Below are positions 35,629 through 45,153 of a DNA stretch of 64,000 nt, in pieces. The notes below the pieces were generated by a model. That model had not been told where the DNA came from. It did not search any database and worked only from the letters and a program-made list of their open reading frames with translations. Positions within the stretch are counted from its first letter, which is position 1; each line of letters begins with the position of its first letter. Origin of the DNA: a virus; the IMG/VR virus record IMGVR_UViG_3300015371_000011, positions 1 to 64,000 of that record. The stretch is one strand, 5' to 3'. Position numbers and translations under genes: made by a program.

Positions 35629-36613
35629 TGGTAATAGCTTTCTCCGTCATCACAATCCTTGTCCCCTCTTTATGCACATCCCAGCGGTTAAACCGCATGC
35701 CATAGTGAAAATGATCGACATACGGTATCTCGTATTGCGGCGGCGACTCCACGCGTATCGACAGGCCAGCCGTGTACTGATCCTTGATCATAGCCCGTAT
35801 CCCGCTGTTGTCGCCCACGTATGGCGGGCCGTAATCGCCGTCAGCCAGAATGAATGCCATATCGCGCCTATCGGCATCGTCAAACTTGACGCTGCGCTCA
35901 TTGAGCACCTTATAGCCCGCCGCCTTTAATAGCGTGGACATCGACTCCCACGTAAAATTGCACTTATGCGCGAAATAGAAGGCGTCGCTCCAGTTTATAA
36001 TTTGAAACGCGTGCGGCACCTCTAGGTAAACAATACCCTTCGGCTTCAGTATGGACTTCAAGCCGCGCATGACGGCGAGCGGGTCGCGGCAATGCTCTAG
36101 GACGTGCGACATGACGACTAGGTTGAAATCCAGCAGCCGCTCTTCACATAACTGCTCGATAGTTGTGCCATCGCCCATCGGCTCCACGCCGCACACGTCC
36201 AGATAGCCCGCCTCCTTAAACGCGTCCACGCCCTCATAGCTAGCCGCGCCAACGTCAAGAATATGGGCATTATGCTTCACGTATGGTGCCACCATCTCGG
36301 CGCGTTTACGGTAGGCGGCAAACCTAGCCGCGCTATACGGCCGCTTATACGGCGGCTGCAATTCGGCCATGCGGGTAAACCAATCGTCGGTAGGCGATAA
36401 CGCGCGCCAGCTAAACGTGCATTGCTTGCAAATCACCGTCTGGTGCACGCATAAACGGCCGATATAGACACTTGCCGCCTCATCGAAGGCACTCACACCG
36501 CATATCGCGCACGAGCCGCGAAACACCAAATCGGCGTGCGCAATCGGATAGCGCGTTACTGGCTCGGCGGCGATGGCGGCTAAGCGGGCATCTTTGAAGT
36601 CGTGGGTTAACAT
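35612..36613 (-). CDS. Class I SAM methyltransferase with N-terminal Zn-ribbon
   Basis: CAICG..CKQC; ILDVGA; SHVLEH..LKPKG..LEVP. Confidence 0.88.
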   Translation of the reverse strand: MLTHDFKDARLAAIAAEPVTRYPIAHADLVFRGSCAICGVSAFDEAASVYIGRLCVHQTVICKQCTFSWRALSPTDDWFTRMAELQPPYKRPYSAARFAAYRKRAEMVAPYVKHNAHILDVGAASYEGVDAFKEAGYLDVCGVEPMGDGTTIEQLCEERLLDFNLVVMSHVLEHCRDPLAVMRGLKSILKPKGIVYLEVPHAFQIINWSDAFYFAHKCNFTWESMSTLLKAAGYKVLNERSVKFDDADRRDMAFILADGDYGPPYVGDNSGIRAMIKDQYTAGLSIRVESPPQYEIPYVDHFHYGMRFNRWDVHKEGTRIVMTEKAITNDCVL

Positions 36614-36747
36614 TTTTTCATATACACGAATCGGCTGGCCTTGGAGCAGTAGCCTTTATAGCCGCGCTTGGTCATAAAACTTCTATCCACACGGCGGCGC
36701 ATATCACGCCTGATTATCTCGCCGCACTTTGGACACAATAACTTCAC
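36607..36747 (-). CDS. Small Zn-ribbon protein (46 aa)
   Basis: GTGA-coupled start MKLLCPKCG; fills the gap exactly. Confidence 0.55.
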   Translation of the reverse strand: MKLLCPKCGEIIRRDMRRRVDRSFMTKRGYKGYCSKASRFVYMKKC

Positions 36748-37727
36748 GCCAACCCCGCAATCCGAAACATGCCCTTCCAGAATTGCCGCCCGTCAAATAT
36801 CTCTTTGGCCTTTTTCGCGCCTGCCTCGGCTATCCTTGCCGCCTCATTTTGCCCTGGCCCTAAATAGTATTTGAGTCTATCCACCAGCGTTGATGCGCCC
36901 TCGAAGCCAATGGCACCATTAGCCAGCAAGTGAAACGGCTCGCTGAATTTTACGTAATGCTTGAATTCATCTAATAGGCGCGGCGTCTCGTCGTTCGCGC
37001 TCTCCATCAACATTGCGCCGCATAAAGTCGCCTCAGACGTCCTGCCATTTAGGTGCTGAAACGTGACGGCACTGGTGAAATTTAGCGTAATCTTGGATCG
37101 GCGCAGCAACCACGCATAGGCGTCGATGCTATCCACTTTCTGCCCGACGATGCCGCCGCCGCGAGTCACGGCTATGCCCATACCATCAAGCCAGCCGAGA
37201 TTGAGCGCACGGTCGAGACGGCCCGACGTACTGCCGATAAAGCTCAGCGGTATGTCGCGCTCGCCAAACGGCGCAGAATAGAATATGCGCGGGTCTTTCG
37301 GCTCAGGCAGCCAAAACGTCTTGTCGGCAAACGACGTGAATTGTTTCCAGTGCTCGGCGGTATCGACAAACACATTGGCCGTGACGTGTGGCGCATACAT
37401 ATCGGCGTGCAGCACCACATTCGGCGCGCTCTCTAGCCACAGGCCAATGACGGGTATCTTGTAGCGGTCGCGCAGAAAGCGAAACAACTCAGGCTCGATA
37501 TTGCCCGCAAAATTCACTAGCGGCGTTGCCACAATCAAGTCTGGATTCCAACCGCTGGCATACGCGGCCAGCGCCTTGTGGCCGTCCTCACTCACGTCAA
37601 ACCAGTAGCGCTTAATATCAAATCCCAGCGCCTCGGCTGCACCGATTGAGCAATACTCGTGCGGTGATTGGCGTAAGTCGCTCTCATAGCCGTGCATCGT
37701 TTTGTGCGTGGCGAATAGGATTTTCAT
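36744..37727 (-). CDS. GT-B glycosyltransferase (CgeB/YkvP-like)
   Basis: DIPLSFIG..LRRSKITLNF..GRTSEATLCGAMLM. Confidence 0.82.
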   Translation of the reverse strand: MKILFATHKTMHGYESDLRQSPHEYCSIGAAEALGFDIKRYWFDVSEDGHKALAAYASGWNPDLIVATPLVNFAGNIEPELFRFLRDRYKIPVIGLWLESAPNVVLHADMYAPHVTANVFVDTAEHWKQFTSFADKTFWLPEPKDPRIFYSAPFGERDIPLSFIGSTSGRLDRALNLGWLDGMGIAVTRGGGIVGQKVDSIDAYAWLLRRSKITLNFTSAVTFQHLNGRTSEATLCGAMLMESANDETPRLLDEFKHYVKFSEPFHLLANGAIGFEGASTLVDRLKYYLGPGQNEAARIAEAGAKKAKEIFDGRQFWKGMFRIAGLA

Positions 37728-38374
37728 GCGAATTTTAGGACTTCTTGCGCCATGCGTTTGGCAGCTATCTCGCAATATTTCTCTTCTATCTCGATACCAA
37801 TAGCCTTGCGGCCCAAGTCCTTAGCGGCTCGCAATGTGGTTCCGCTGCCCATGAAGGGGTCAAGAATGGTTTCATCCTGCTGACAATAATTCGTCAAACA
37901 CCAATTCATCAATTTTAATGGCTTCTGCGTCGGATGGTCTCGTAGTGTCTCTTTGCCTAACAAACCATTCCATTCAATTGTTATTTTTTTTACAGACTTA
38001 CGATTGAATGAAGTCCAAGCTAATTCACAATCGCCAAAAGTTGGCATGGTGTTTAATTTATCCCAACTAATCCAATGGGTAGAGCGTGGCAACAAATCAG
38101 CAAAAAAATTACCGCCCCAAATAATAGCGTTTGATGCCATGTCTAAAATCATCAAAAAAATCTCTTGGCTAGGCCGTTCTGCGTCCCACGCATCAATGTA
38201 CTGGCGTCGCCTAATAGGCGTGCCAAAGCCGCCAAAGCCGTCAAAGCCGTGTGACATACTCACACCATACGGCGGATCAGTCAGCACTAAATCCACCGGC
38301 TCAAGCTGCAGCAGTATTTCTCTACAATCCCCATGAAATATCGTCACCGCATCGTCCTGGTAATAGGGTTTCAT
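37724..38374 (-). CDS. DNA methyltransferase (N6-mA, beta class)
   Basis: LTDPPY..HPTQKP..LDPFMGSGTT. Confidence 0.92.
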   Translation of the reverse strand: MKPYYQDDAVTIFHGDCREILLQLEPVDLVLTDPPYGVSMSHGFDGFGGFGTPIRRRQYIDAWDAERPSQEIFLMILDMASNAIIWGGNFFADLLPRSTHWISWDKLNTMPTFGDCELAWTSFNRKSVKKITIEWNGLLGKETLRDHPTQKPLKLMNWCLTNYCQQDETILDPFMGSGTTLRAAKDLGRKAIGIEIEEKYCEIAAKRMAQEVLKFA

Positions 38375-41355
38375 AGCAATAATATCTGCCCCGACTTGCG
38401 CCCGTAGAGCACGACTTCACGCGCAAACTTCTTCTTATCGCCGCCGTAATGCCACGGCGTGGGTATGCGCCACATCTGGTTTTCAATCACAGTGTCGTCG
38501 TACAGAAGCCCGCCCGTCTCGTCGTAGAATCCCGCCAAGTCATCGGCTGCCCTGAAAAATGTGGCCTCCTCTGGCCCCCAGTAAACCTCGCCGTACTCAG
38601 GCATGAGCGCCGCTATCGGCTCGCCACGCTCAAGCACGCCGTCAAGAATCTTATTGTACTCGGCCATCTCGTTGCGCCAGAAAGCGCCGTTGCTGTACAT
38701 AATCGCTTCGATGAATGTGCTCGGCATAATACCCTTGGTAAGCAAGTCCTGCAGGATAAAAATACCCAACTTTAGCCCGTGCAGCGCCATAAAAATCCAT
38801 GAAAAAATATTCATGCGCCGCCACTTGACTATGTCCATACTGCTCGTCTCGACAACCAAATCCTCATACTCGGCCAGATAACCATCGGCCCGTACCGTGC
38901 CGTGAATCTCGGCTAACTCTATACGCCGTGTGCGGATACCAAACTGCGCCTGATAGTCGGGCCGGCCCATCTCGGTATTAGGCAAGGCCATCAGCGGGTA
39001 GATAAACACCTGCCCACTCATGCCAGCCGCCACGATCTCGTCCAGCCCCTGCTTCCACGTCTCGTATGTCTCACCCGGCAGCCCGACAATAAATTCGCTA
39101 TATGTCGGCACGCCTTCGGCGTTGAAACGCTCCTGCAGCTTCTCGTAGGTAGACATTTTGATATTGCTGCGCTTGATATTCTGCAGCACCGTGGCGTTGT
39201 TGCTTTGGCGTGCGAGCGTGACGCTTTTAGACATGCCTGCGTCGGCTAGCATCTTGCCTACGGCGTAAACCTTGTCGTCGGTGTTCTTGCCGTAATTGAC
39301 GCGAAACCGCTGCGGATAGCCGTATTTCTCTTTGGTGGCTATCAGGTACTCGGCTATTTCACGGTCGCGTGCGAGCATGCCAAAATTCGACGCGCTCCCA
39401 AGTGCATACGGGATTTTATTACGCCCCAACCATTCAATCTCCGCAAATACTCGGTCTAGTCCATAGTAGCTCATCTTGTGTTGCCCAAGTCCATATTCGC
39501 AGAATGAACAATTTTCACAGAGCAACCCGTTAGCAAAAAAATTATGATTCGGCGTAGCTTCAACAATATCATAAACTCGCCGATGCTCGCTTGGCGAAAT
39601 CTCTTCTACTGCACACCAAGAAACCTTTGCAGTCGTTGCACCATCGCTTCGTTCAACTTGTCGTCGTTCCAAATCACAAAAATCTCCCAACCGAAATATT
39701 GATAATCTGCCGCTTCCATTTCCACGTCCTTTTCCTCTTGGTGCCAATAACGACCATGAGCGAGAATCGCTTTTCTTACTCCCTTTTTGCAGTGGATAAA
39801 ATCTGGATTGCGACAACCTCCCGATACTCCCGGCCCCAACCAAAATGTCCTGTCGCCAGTATATTTGAATGGCAGTTGATACTGTTGAAAAAATTTTATC
39901 AGCTTGCTCTCGAAACCATTCGGCGGCTCGCCAGCCTTTAAAAAATGAGCGGCATGCCATTGCGGATCGTTCCAATATTGCCGCATCTTTTGCTTCCACG
40001 ATTCGATCATTTGCTTGTGCTTGATTGGATCTAACCGTCGCATCGGATTGTTGTCGCCAGTTTGCCATGCGTAACCGAGCCTCTTGCTTGTTTCCACCCC
40101 TTTCCTCGCATGTGCTAGTCGTTGTTCTCGACTCATTCGCCGCATTGGACTGTTGTCGCCAGTGAATTTCAGGTAGTGCCCCATTGCTCGTTGCGTTGCT
40201 ACCACCTTCGCTACGTGTTCTGGCGATTTCTTTATTCCCTTGTTCATACCCGGATGTCTGTAGAGACCCGCTGCTGCTGCCCTCTTTATCCCCTCTATTC
40301 GCCGCTCTTCGCCTCCGCTTTGCTTCCGACTTGCTGCAGCTTTGATTCCCCGGAGTCTTTGCACTTCCAACGGAGTCGTTAATACTCTCTGTCTCAAGTG
40401 CGGCAGATAGCACCCCATCGAACAATACATCCTCTCTTTTGGCCGATGATCTATCGACGTTCCACAACCCTTGCAAAATCTTGTCGCCGACTTTAAGGTC
40501 GCCTGCTGTAACCCATCCCCTGTCGGTGTAAAAAGGATGATCTCTAGTTGCTCCAATTTCAGAACCTCCCGCTACTATCTTGATGGTTTCCTTAATGCCG
40601 CTACAAATCGAAAATGCGACTCTATTCCACGCAAGGCATTCGTCTTTCTCATTCCAACCTAAAATATAATCACCGGACTGCACTGCTTCTATATTTTTTT
40701 GCCCTGTTTGAGTAACTACCACCGTTCCTTCCGCGAGACACATAAATGGGCATCCGCGATCCTGCTCCAAGACGTAGCTATACTCTATTGGCTCTGGATG
40801 CTGCTCCAATAACCCGTCAAATAAGCCGGTCAACGCGGGCGACGGCAATTCATTCAACTCTTTCTGAAACGGATAATCCTGAGCGCAGTAGTGCACATCA
40901 TTGTCTCGATACGTTATCTGCGGGATACCTTCAAAGTCCGTGCTGTGAGTTTCCGCCCAACGCTTTAATACGGCAGTAAACGCCTGCTCACCCGCGCGTC
41001 TGACAGCTACGTCGATAAATGGATGCTTGGATAAATACTCAATGGCGTTATCGGGCACCTGCAATCCACCAAACACAATCAGGCACTCAGGCCAACGGCG
41101 TTTCACTTCGGCGGCTACTGCCAGGTTTAATTGCTCATTCCACACCGCCACAGAGAAAGCCGCCACGTCCACACGGTTGTCATAGTGCTTGAGAATATTG
41201 GCCGGCTTATCCACGCAGTAAAGAAAATCGCCAAACTCGTAATTGGCCTTGATGTCGTCATTCTGCTCGGCATAGGCGCGCAGCAATCCCGTAGCCAGCG
41301 GCAAGTAGCAGTTGCGGCCGAGCCTGATGTTATATTCGTTTAGGACTACGCGCAT
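38371..41355 (-). CDS. B12-binding radical SAM enzyme with an intein inside the CxxxCxxC motif
   Basis: RGCPFM|intein|CSFC; IVGLPGETYETW. Confidence 0.88.
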   Translation of the reverse strand: MRVVLNEYNIRLGRNCYLPLATGLLRAYAEQNDDIKANYEFGDFLYCVDKPANILKHYDNRVDVAAFSVAVWNEQLNLAVAAEVKRRWPECLIVFGGLQVPDNAIEYLSKHPFIDVAVRRAGEQAFTAVLKRWAETHSTDFEGIPQITYRDNDVHYCAQDYPFQKELNELPSPALTGLFDGLLEQHPEPIEYSYVLEQDRGCPFMCLAEGTVVVTQTGQKNIEAVQSGDYILGWNEKDECLAWNRVAFSICSGIKETIKIVAGGSEIGATRDHPFYTDRGWVTAGDLKVGDKILQGLWNVDRSSAKREDVLFDGVLSAALETESINDSVGSAKTPGNQSCSKSEAKRRRRAANRGDKEGSSSGSLQTSGYEQGNKEIARTRSEGGSNATSNGALPEIHWRQQSNAANESRTTTSTCEERGGNKQEARLRMANWRQQSDATVRSNQAQANDRIVEAKDAAILERSAMACRSFFKGWRAAEWFREQADKIFSTVSTAIQIYWRQDILVGAGSIGRLSQSRFYPLQKGSKKSDSRSWSLLAPRGKGRGNGSGRLSIFRLGDFCDLERRQVERSDGATTAKVSWCAVEEISPSEHRRVYDIVEATPNHNFFANGLLCENCSFCEYGLGQHKMSYYGLDRVFAEIEWLGRNKIPYALGSASNFGMLARDREIAEYLIATKEKYGYPQRFRVNYGKNTDDKVYAVGKMLADAGMSKSVTLARQSNNATVLQNIKRSNIKMSTYEKLQERFNAEGVPTYSEFIVGLPGETYETWKQGLDEIVAAGMSGQVFIYPLMALPNTEMGRPDYQAQFGIRTRRIELAEIHGTVRADGYLAEYEDLVVETSSMDIVKWRRMNIFSWIFMALHGLKLGIFILQDLLTKGIMPSTFIEAIMYSNGAFWRNEMAEYNKILDGVLERGEPIAALMPEYGEVYWGPEEATFFRAADDLAGFYDETGGLLYDDTVIENQMWRIPTPWHYGGDKKKFAREVVLYGRKSGQILLL
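39511..40740 (-). mobile_element. Intein (410 aa)
   Basis: CLAEGTVV..TRDHPFY..GW..LKVGD..VYDI..HNFFANGLLCEN|C. Confidence 0.88.
39606..40556 (-). CDS. Out-of-frame endonuclease nested in the intein (Zn-finger, NUMOD3-like repeats, Vsr/DUF559-like nuclease); true start uncertain
   Basis: CKGCG..YCSMGC; NKGIKKSPEH; TGDNSPMRR/TGDNNPMRR; PNGFE..FKYTG..NPDFI..HGRYWH..IWNDD. Confidence 0.8.
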   Translation of the reverse strand: MEQLEIILFTPTGDGLQQATLKSATRFCKGCGTSIDHRPKERMYCSMGCYLPHLRQRVLTTPLEVQRLRGIKAAASRKQSGGEERRIEGIKRAAAAGLYRHPGMNKGIKKSPEHVAKVVATQRAMGHYLKFTGDNSPMRRMSREQRLAHARKGVETSKRLGYAWQTGDNNPMRRLDPIKHKQMIESWKQKMRQYWNDPQWHAAHFLKAGEPPNGFESKLIKFFQQYQLPFKYTGDRTFWLGPGVSGGCRNPDFIHCKKGVRKAILAHGRYWHQEEKDVEMEAADYQYFGWEIFVIWNDDKLNEAMVQRLQRFLGVQ

Positions 41356-42713
41356 GACGACACACCCGTTATCATTGCATCCATCTGTACTCGCACAATC
41401 CGCGACACAGGCTTGACCGCCTTCTTCAGCACTTCGAAAATATACCGCATGTGCTCTTCGTTAAGCCCAGGATGCACGCCAACGAAAAAGCCGCCATGCA
41501 TGATTCTGTCCGTATTTGCCAAGGTGCCGTGCACACGGTGCGTAATGCCGCTAAACGCGGGTTGGCGTAGCAGGTTGCCCGCGAATATCGGCCGCGTCTC
41601 AATCTTAGCGGCCTCTAACGCCGCTATGATTTCACGCGTAGGCACGCCGCTGTTATTGATTAGCGGGTAAGCATACGGCGACGGGTCGGCGCGTGAATCC
41701 CACTTTGACAATATGAAATAGTCAGCCAACTCGGCGCGGCACATGGCGTGCAGCGTGTTGAAGTTTTCTTGCCGCTTGCCGATGATCGTGCCTAGTTTAT
41801 CAAACTGAGCACACAGCACCGCCGCCTGCATATCGGTTGCCTGCATATTGTAGCCGATATTTGAATACTGATATTTGTGATCGGTCCCTGGCGGCAATCC
41901 TGGCGTGTCCCATTCAAACCGCTTGCCGCAGGTATTTTCTTTGCCTGGCGCGCAGTAGCACGACCGACCCCATTGCGAGATTGAGCGTGCTGCTATTTTC
42001 AATTTAGGGTTATTGACGATGACGCTGCCCGCCTCGCCGCAAGTCGTATGGTGCGCAGGGTAGTGGCTCAGAGATGCCATGTCGCCGAAGGTGCCAGTCA
42101 GCATGCCGTCAAACCTAGAGCCTAGCGCATCGCAATTGTCCTCTAAGAACAACAAGCCATTCTTGGCACAGAAATATTTCACCGCGGCGCAATCAAACGG
42201 CAGGCCCATCGGGTGCGGTAGCATGACGGCGCGCGTCCTTGGCCCAACTGCACTAACAATGTCCGTGAATGTCGGGTTATAGGTGCCAAGACCCACGTCC
42301 ACGAATACAGGCACAAGCCGATTTTGAATAATCGGCGCTAGCGTAGTCGGGAATCCCGCCGCCACGGTTATAACTTCATCGCCATCCTGCAGCGGCCTAA
42401 GTCCGTATTGCGCAATGTCCTTGCTGCATACCGTGGCAAGCATGAGCAGGTTGGCCGATGAGCCGCTATTGACGAGCAAGACGTCGCGCGCGCCAAAATA
42501 CTTGATCATGGACGTCTCGAATTGCTCCGTCCACTTGCCCGCCGTCATCCATTGCGACAATGCCACGTCTATCAGGTTGAGCGTTTCCTGTTCGTCAAAG
42601 AAATGCTTGCTGTAGTGGATCTTTGTCTGGCCTGGGATGAAGTCCTGCGGCGTGTGCAACGCCTGCACGAATTTCTTAGCCAAGTCCCAGATCAACTCAA
42701 CGGTGGCGTCCAT
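41346..42713 (-). CDS. rfbH: CDP-4-keto-6-deoxyglucose 3-dehydratase (E1, RfbH/DdhC-like)
   Basis: VNSGSSANL; EDNCDALG; YPAHH (His in place of Lys); GRSCYC..NTC Fe-S motif; DHKY. Confidence 0.85.
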   Translation of the reverse strand: MDATVELIWDLAKKFVQALHTPQDFIPGQTKIHYSKHFFDEQETLNLIDVALSQWMTAGKWTEQFETSMIKYFGARDVLLVNSGSSANLLMLATVCSKDIAQYGLRPLQDGDEVITVAAGFPTTLAPIIQNRLVPVFVDVGLGTYNPTFTDIVSAVGPRTRAVMLPHPMGLPFDCAAVKYFCAKNGLLFLEDNCDALGSRFDGMLTGTFGDMASLSHYPAHHTTCGEAGSVIVNNPKLKIAARSISQWGRSCYCAPGKENTCGKRFEWDTPGLPPGTDHKYQYSNIGYNMQATDMQAAVLCAQFDKLGTIIGKRQENFNTLHAMCRAELADYFILSKWDSRADPSPYAYPLINNSGVPTREIIAALEAAKIETRPIFAGNLLRQPAFSGITHRVHGTLANTDRIMHGGFFVGVHPGLNEEHMRYIFEVLKKAVKPVSRIVRVQMDAMITGVSSCA

Positions 42714-42738
42714 TATCGCCGCCCGCCCATGACCTTGC

Positions 42739-42981
42739 TCATTTACCAACCTCATTGAGCCATTCGGTCGCTTTTTCGAGCACGGTGAGGAATCCACCTT
42801 CATAAACTCGGTCGCCATATTTAACGGTGCAGGACGGTGATAGATCAGCAAATGTGCGCACCGTTATATTCACCGCTAACGGCCATTTATAACCCTTACC
42901 CGAAAGTGCGCTGTCAGATTGCCGTGTCGTCACAACACATAGCGCCGCCAAGAATTCATCGACAACCTTACTCATTTTCAA
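42739..42981 (-). CDS. Hypothetical protein
   Basis: Coupled start. Confidence 0.5.
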   Translation of the reverse strand: MKMSKVVDEFLAALCVVTTRQSDSALSGKGYKWPLAVNITVRTFADLSPSCTVKYGDRVYEGGFLTVLEKATEWLNEVGK

Positions 42982-44009
42982 TCCTTCTCATTACAATAAT
43001 ACTCGTACGTCCGTCGCAGCCCATCATCCAGCGACACGGCTGGCGGCGGCGCTAACTTCAATATCTTGCTGGTATCGGGCCGCCTGCGGCTCGGCGCATC
43101 GCTTAACCGCTCCTGATTGTCCACATGCTTCATTTCGAGTTTCGGGAATAGCGCCTGCGCCGTCCAGCCAAAGGCGTTGATCGACACCTCGCTATTGCCG
43201 TCGCCCACGTTATAGGCTTCACCATTCTCACCGTCGAGCAGCACGGCCATGAATTGCAGCACGGCATCGCTGATATAAACGAATGAGCGCGTAGCACGGC
43301 CGTCGCCGTAAATGGTTAGCGGCGTCTCCGTCATTAGCGCCTGCATGAGCTGAGGCACTAGGCGACCATCGTCTACGGCTTCGCCCGGCCCGTAGATATT
43401 AAACGGTCGCACCACCTTTACGGGCACGCCATGCATCTTGTGGTAAATCTGGCATAGTGTCTCGCTTAACCGCTTGCTTTCGTCATACGGGCTTGATGGC
43501 CCCGTAAACGAGCAATTGCCCCAATACGTTTCTGGCGTGGGTATAAACAGCGCAAACGGATCGCCGTAAACCTGCACGCTTGAAAAATGCAGCACCGCCT
43601 TGGAGCGTGACTCCAGCGCCAACCCCAGAATCACCTTAGTCAAGTCCACGTTAGCTTCAATCGTCTCTAACGGCTTTTCTAAGTACATTTTGGCCGACGC
43701 TATGGACGCTAGGTGAATGTAATAATCGGCCCCCGCCGCGCCCATATAGGCCAGCGGCGCCTCACACTGGAGCAGCTTGACGTCCGTACCCCGCACGACG
43801 CGACTAGGGGCAATCATCGTGTCATAGCCCGTAACCTTGACGGACTTCTTGAAATATGTCTCGTTGGCGTAGGCAACCAGGCCCATCAGGTAGCTGCCGA
43901 CAAACCCCGCGGCGCCAGTAATAAATACCTTGGCCCCCGCTAAATCCTTGAAAGTAGGCGTGATGGCATCGAGGATGCTGTCATAGTCGGATTGTAAGAC
44001 GGGATTCAT
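42978..44009 (-). CDS. NAD-dependent epimerase/dehydratase (UDP-glucuronate decarboxylase-like)
   Basis: TGAAGFVG..YDESKR..RPFNIYGP..GDGRATRSFVY. Confidence 0.9.
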   Translation of the reverse strand: MNPVLQSDYDSILDAITPTFKDLAGAKVFITGAAGFVGSYLMGLVAYANETYFKKSVKVTGYDTMIAPSRVVRGTDVKLLQCEAPLAYMGAAGADYYIHLASIASAKMYLEKPLETIEANVDLTKVILGLALESRSKAVLHFSSVQVYGDPFALFIPTPETYWGNCSFTGPSSPYDESKRLSETLCQIYHKMHGVPVKVVRPFNIYGPGEAVDDGRLVPQLMQALMTETPLTIYGDGRATRSFVYISDAVLQFMAVLLDGENGEAYNVGDGNSEVSINAFGWTAQALFPKLEMKHVDNQERLSDAPSRRRPDTSKILKLAPPPAVSLDDGLRRTYEYYCNEKD

Positions 44010-44116
44010 TCACCATCCAAATATAACTGAAAACACCGCAGACCAGACCACAGCTATAATAAATGCCAAAATCAACCATCTCATGTCTTTATCACGCTTC
44101 AGCTTGCTTGTGTGAC

Positions 44117-44458
44117 TTATTTTAGGGCTGTTTTGCCCTCTCTGGCTGGACGAGTCATAATCGCCCACAGCATGTCAAAGTTGGATGGCCTGATGGTAAA
44201 CACGTAAACCTCAGCATCGGTGTAGTGAAACACCTTGCGCCACGCGTGCAGCCATTCATGCTGTTTTTCGCTCACTTTGCCCTTTTCGCTTTTAAGCTCG
44301 CACACTATCATCCTGTGCTTTTCTGGATGGATCATTACGCAATCGGGGAAACCTTCAGGCGAGCGGTAAGCGTTAAAGGTGTGGTAATACAAGTAACCGT
44401 TTAGCAACGCGGCTTGACGCACCTTCTCCTGCAATAGCTTCTCGGTAATAACGGGCAT
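44117..44458 (-). CDS. VRR-NUC nuclease (resolvase-like)
   Basis: GFPDCV..ELKSEKGKVSEKQHEW. Confidence 0.82.
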   Translation of the reverse strand: MPVITEKLLQEKVRQAALLNGYLYYHTFNAYRSPEGFPDCVMIHPEKHRMIVCELKSEKGKVSEKQHEWLHAWRKVFHYTDAEVYVFTIRPSNFDMLWAIMTRPAREGKTALK

Positions 44459-44483
44459 GCCGTCCTTGCCAACGGCTCTAGCC

Positions 44484-44693
44484 CTATAATTTCTCATTGC
44501 GTGCGTCCTGGGGCATTTCTACGGGGTTTAAACGGCATTCTGGGCGGGATCGCCAATGCAGGTTGTGACACTGGCAGCATATGTAGCAATCCGAGGTGCC
44601 CGTCCCGACCGACAACTCGCGACAGTCGGCGCACTCGGCGTGCCTAGCCTTGCACGTTTTCTTGACTGGCATAGGCTCCTGACGCTTGATCAT
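44484..44693 (-). CDS. Cys-rich hypothetical protein
   Basis: Coupled ORF. Confidence 0.5.
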   Translation of the reverse strand: MIKRQEPMPVKKTCKARHAECADCRELSVGTGTSDCYICCQCHNLHWRSRPECRLNPVEMPQDARNEKL

Positions 44694-44926
44694 GCCTTTT
44701 CTCTATACAAAGCGCACACCTGCGCCCAGTGTCGCTCGTACTCATCCATTGTCATCTTGCCTTCATACACGGCCAGCACCAGCCGCATGCCTTCGCGCTG
44801 AAGCTCGCGGTTTCTAACGATTTTGCCGTGTGTCCTTTCGTATTTCTCGTCCGCCAAACGTAGATCTTGCAAACTCGGCTTCGGCTTCTTTTCTGGCGTT
44901 GTGCTCGGCTTCCGACGTGCGGGCAT
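44690..44926 (-). CDS. Hypothetical protein
   Basis: GGAGG/AAGGAG SD; overlaps the upstream ORF by 113 nt. Confidence 0.5.
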   Translation of the reverse strand: MPARRKPSTTPEKKPKPSLQDLRLADEKYERTHGKIVRNRELQREGMRLVLAVYEGKMTMDEYERHWAQVCALYREKA

Positions 44927-45143
44927 TGCTCCTTGCCTCCACTTTGTCCAGTATTCTGTCCAGGTAGGGCCACCAGTCATTTGACACCTCGCGGGCCAAT
45001 GGCTCAAACGCTTTTAGCGTGGCCACTATGATTTCAGGTTTGTAAGTGCGCTCGGCGGCAGTTATCCACCTAACAAGCCGTCGAAATTTCGCCTTATCTA
45101 TGGCGTAGATACGATCACTGACAATTTTTATTGCGGGATTCAT
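44814..45143 (-). CDS. Hypothetical protein, possibly replication-related
   Basis: Helical, WWPYLDRIL. Confidence 0.55.
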   Translation of the reverse strand: MNPAIKIVSDRIYAIDKAKFRRLVRWITAAERTYKPEIIVATLKAFEPLAREVSNDWWPYLDRILDKVEARSNARTSEAEHNARKEAEAEFARSTFGGREIRKDTRQNR

Positions 45144-45153
45144 AAGATTTAAC

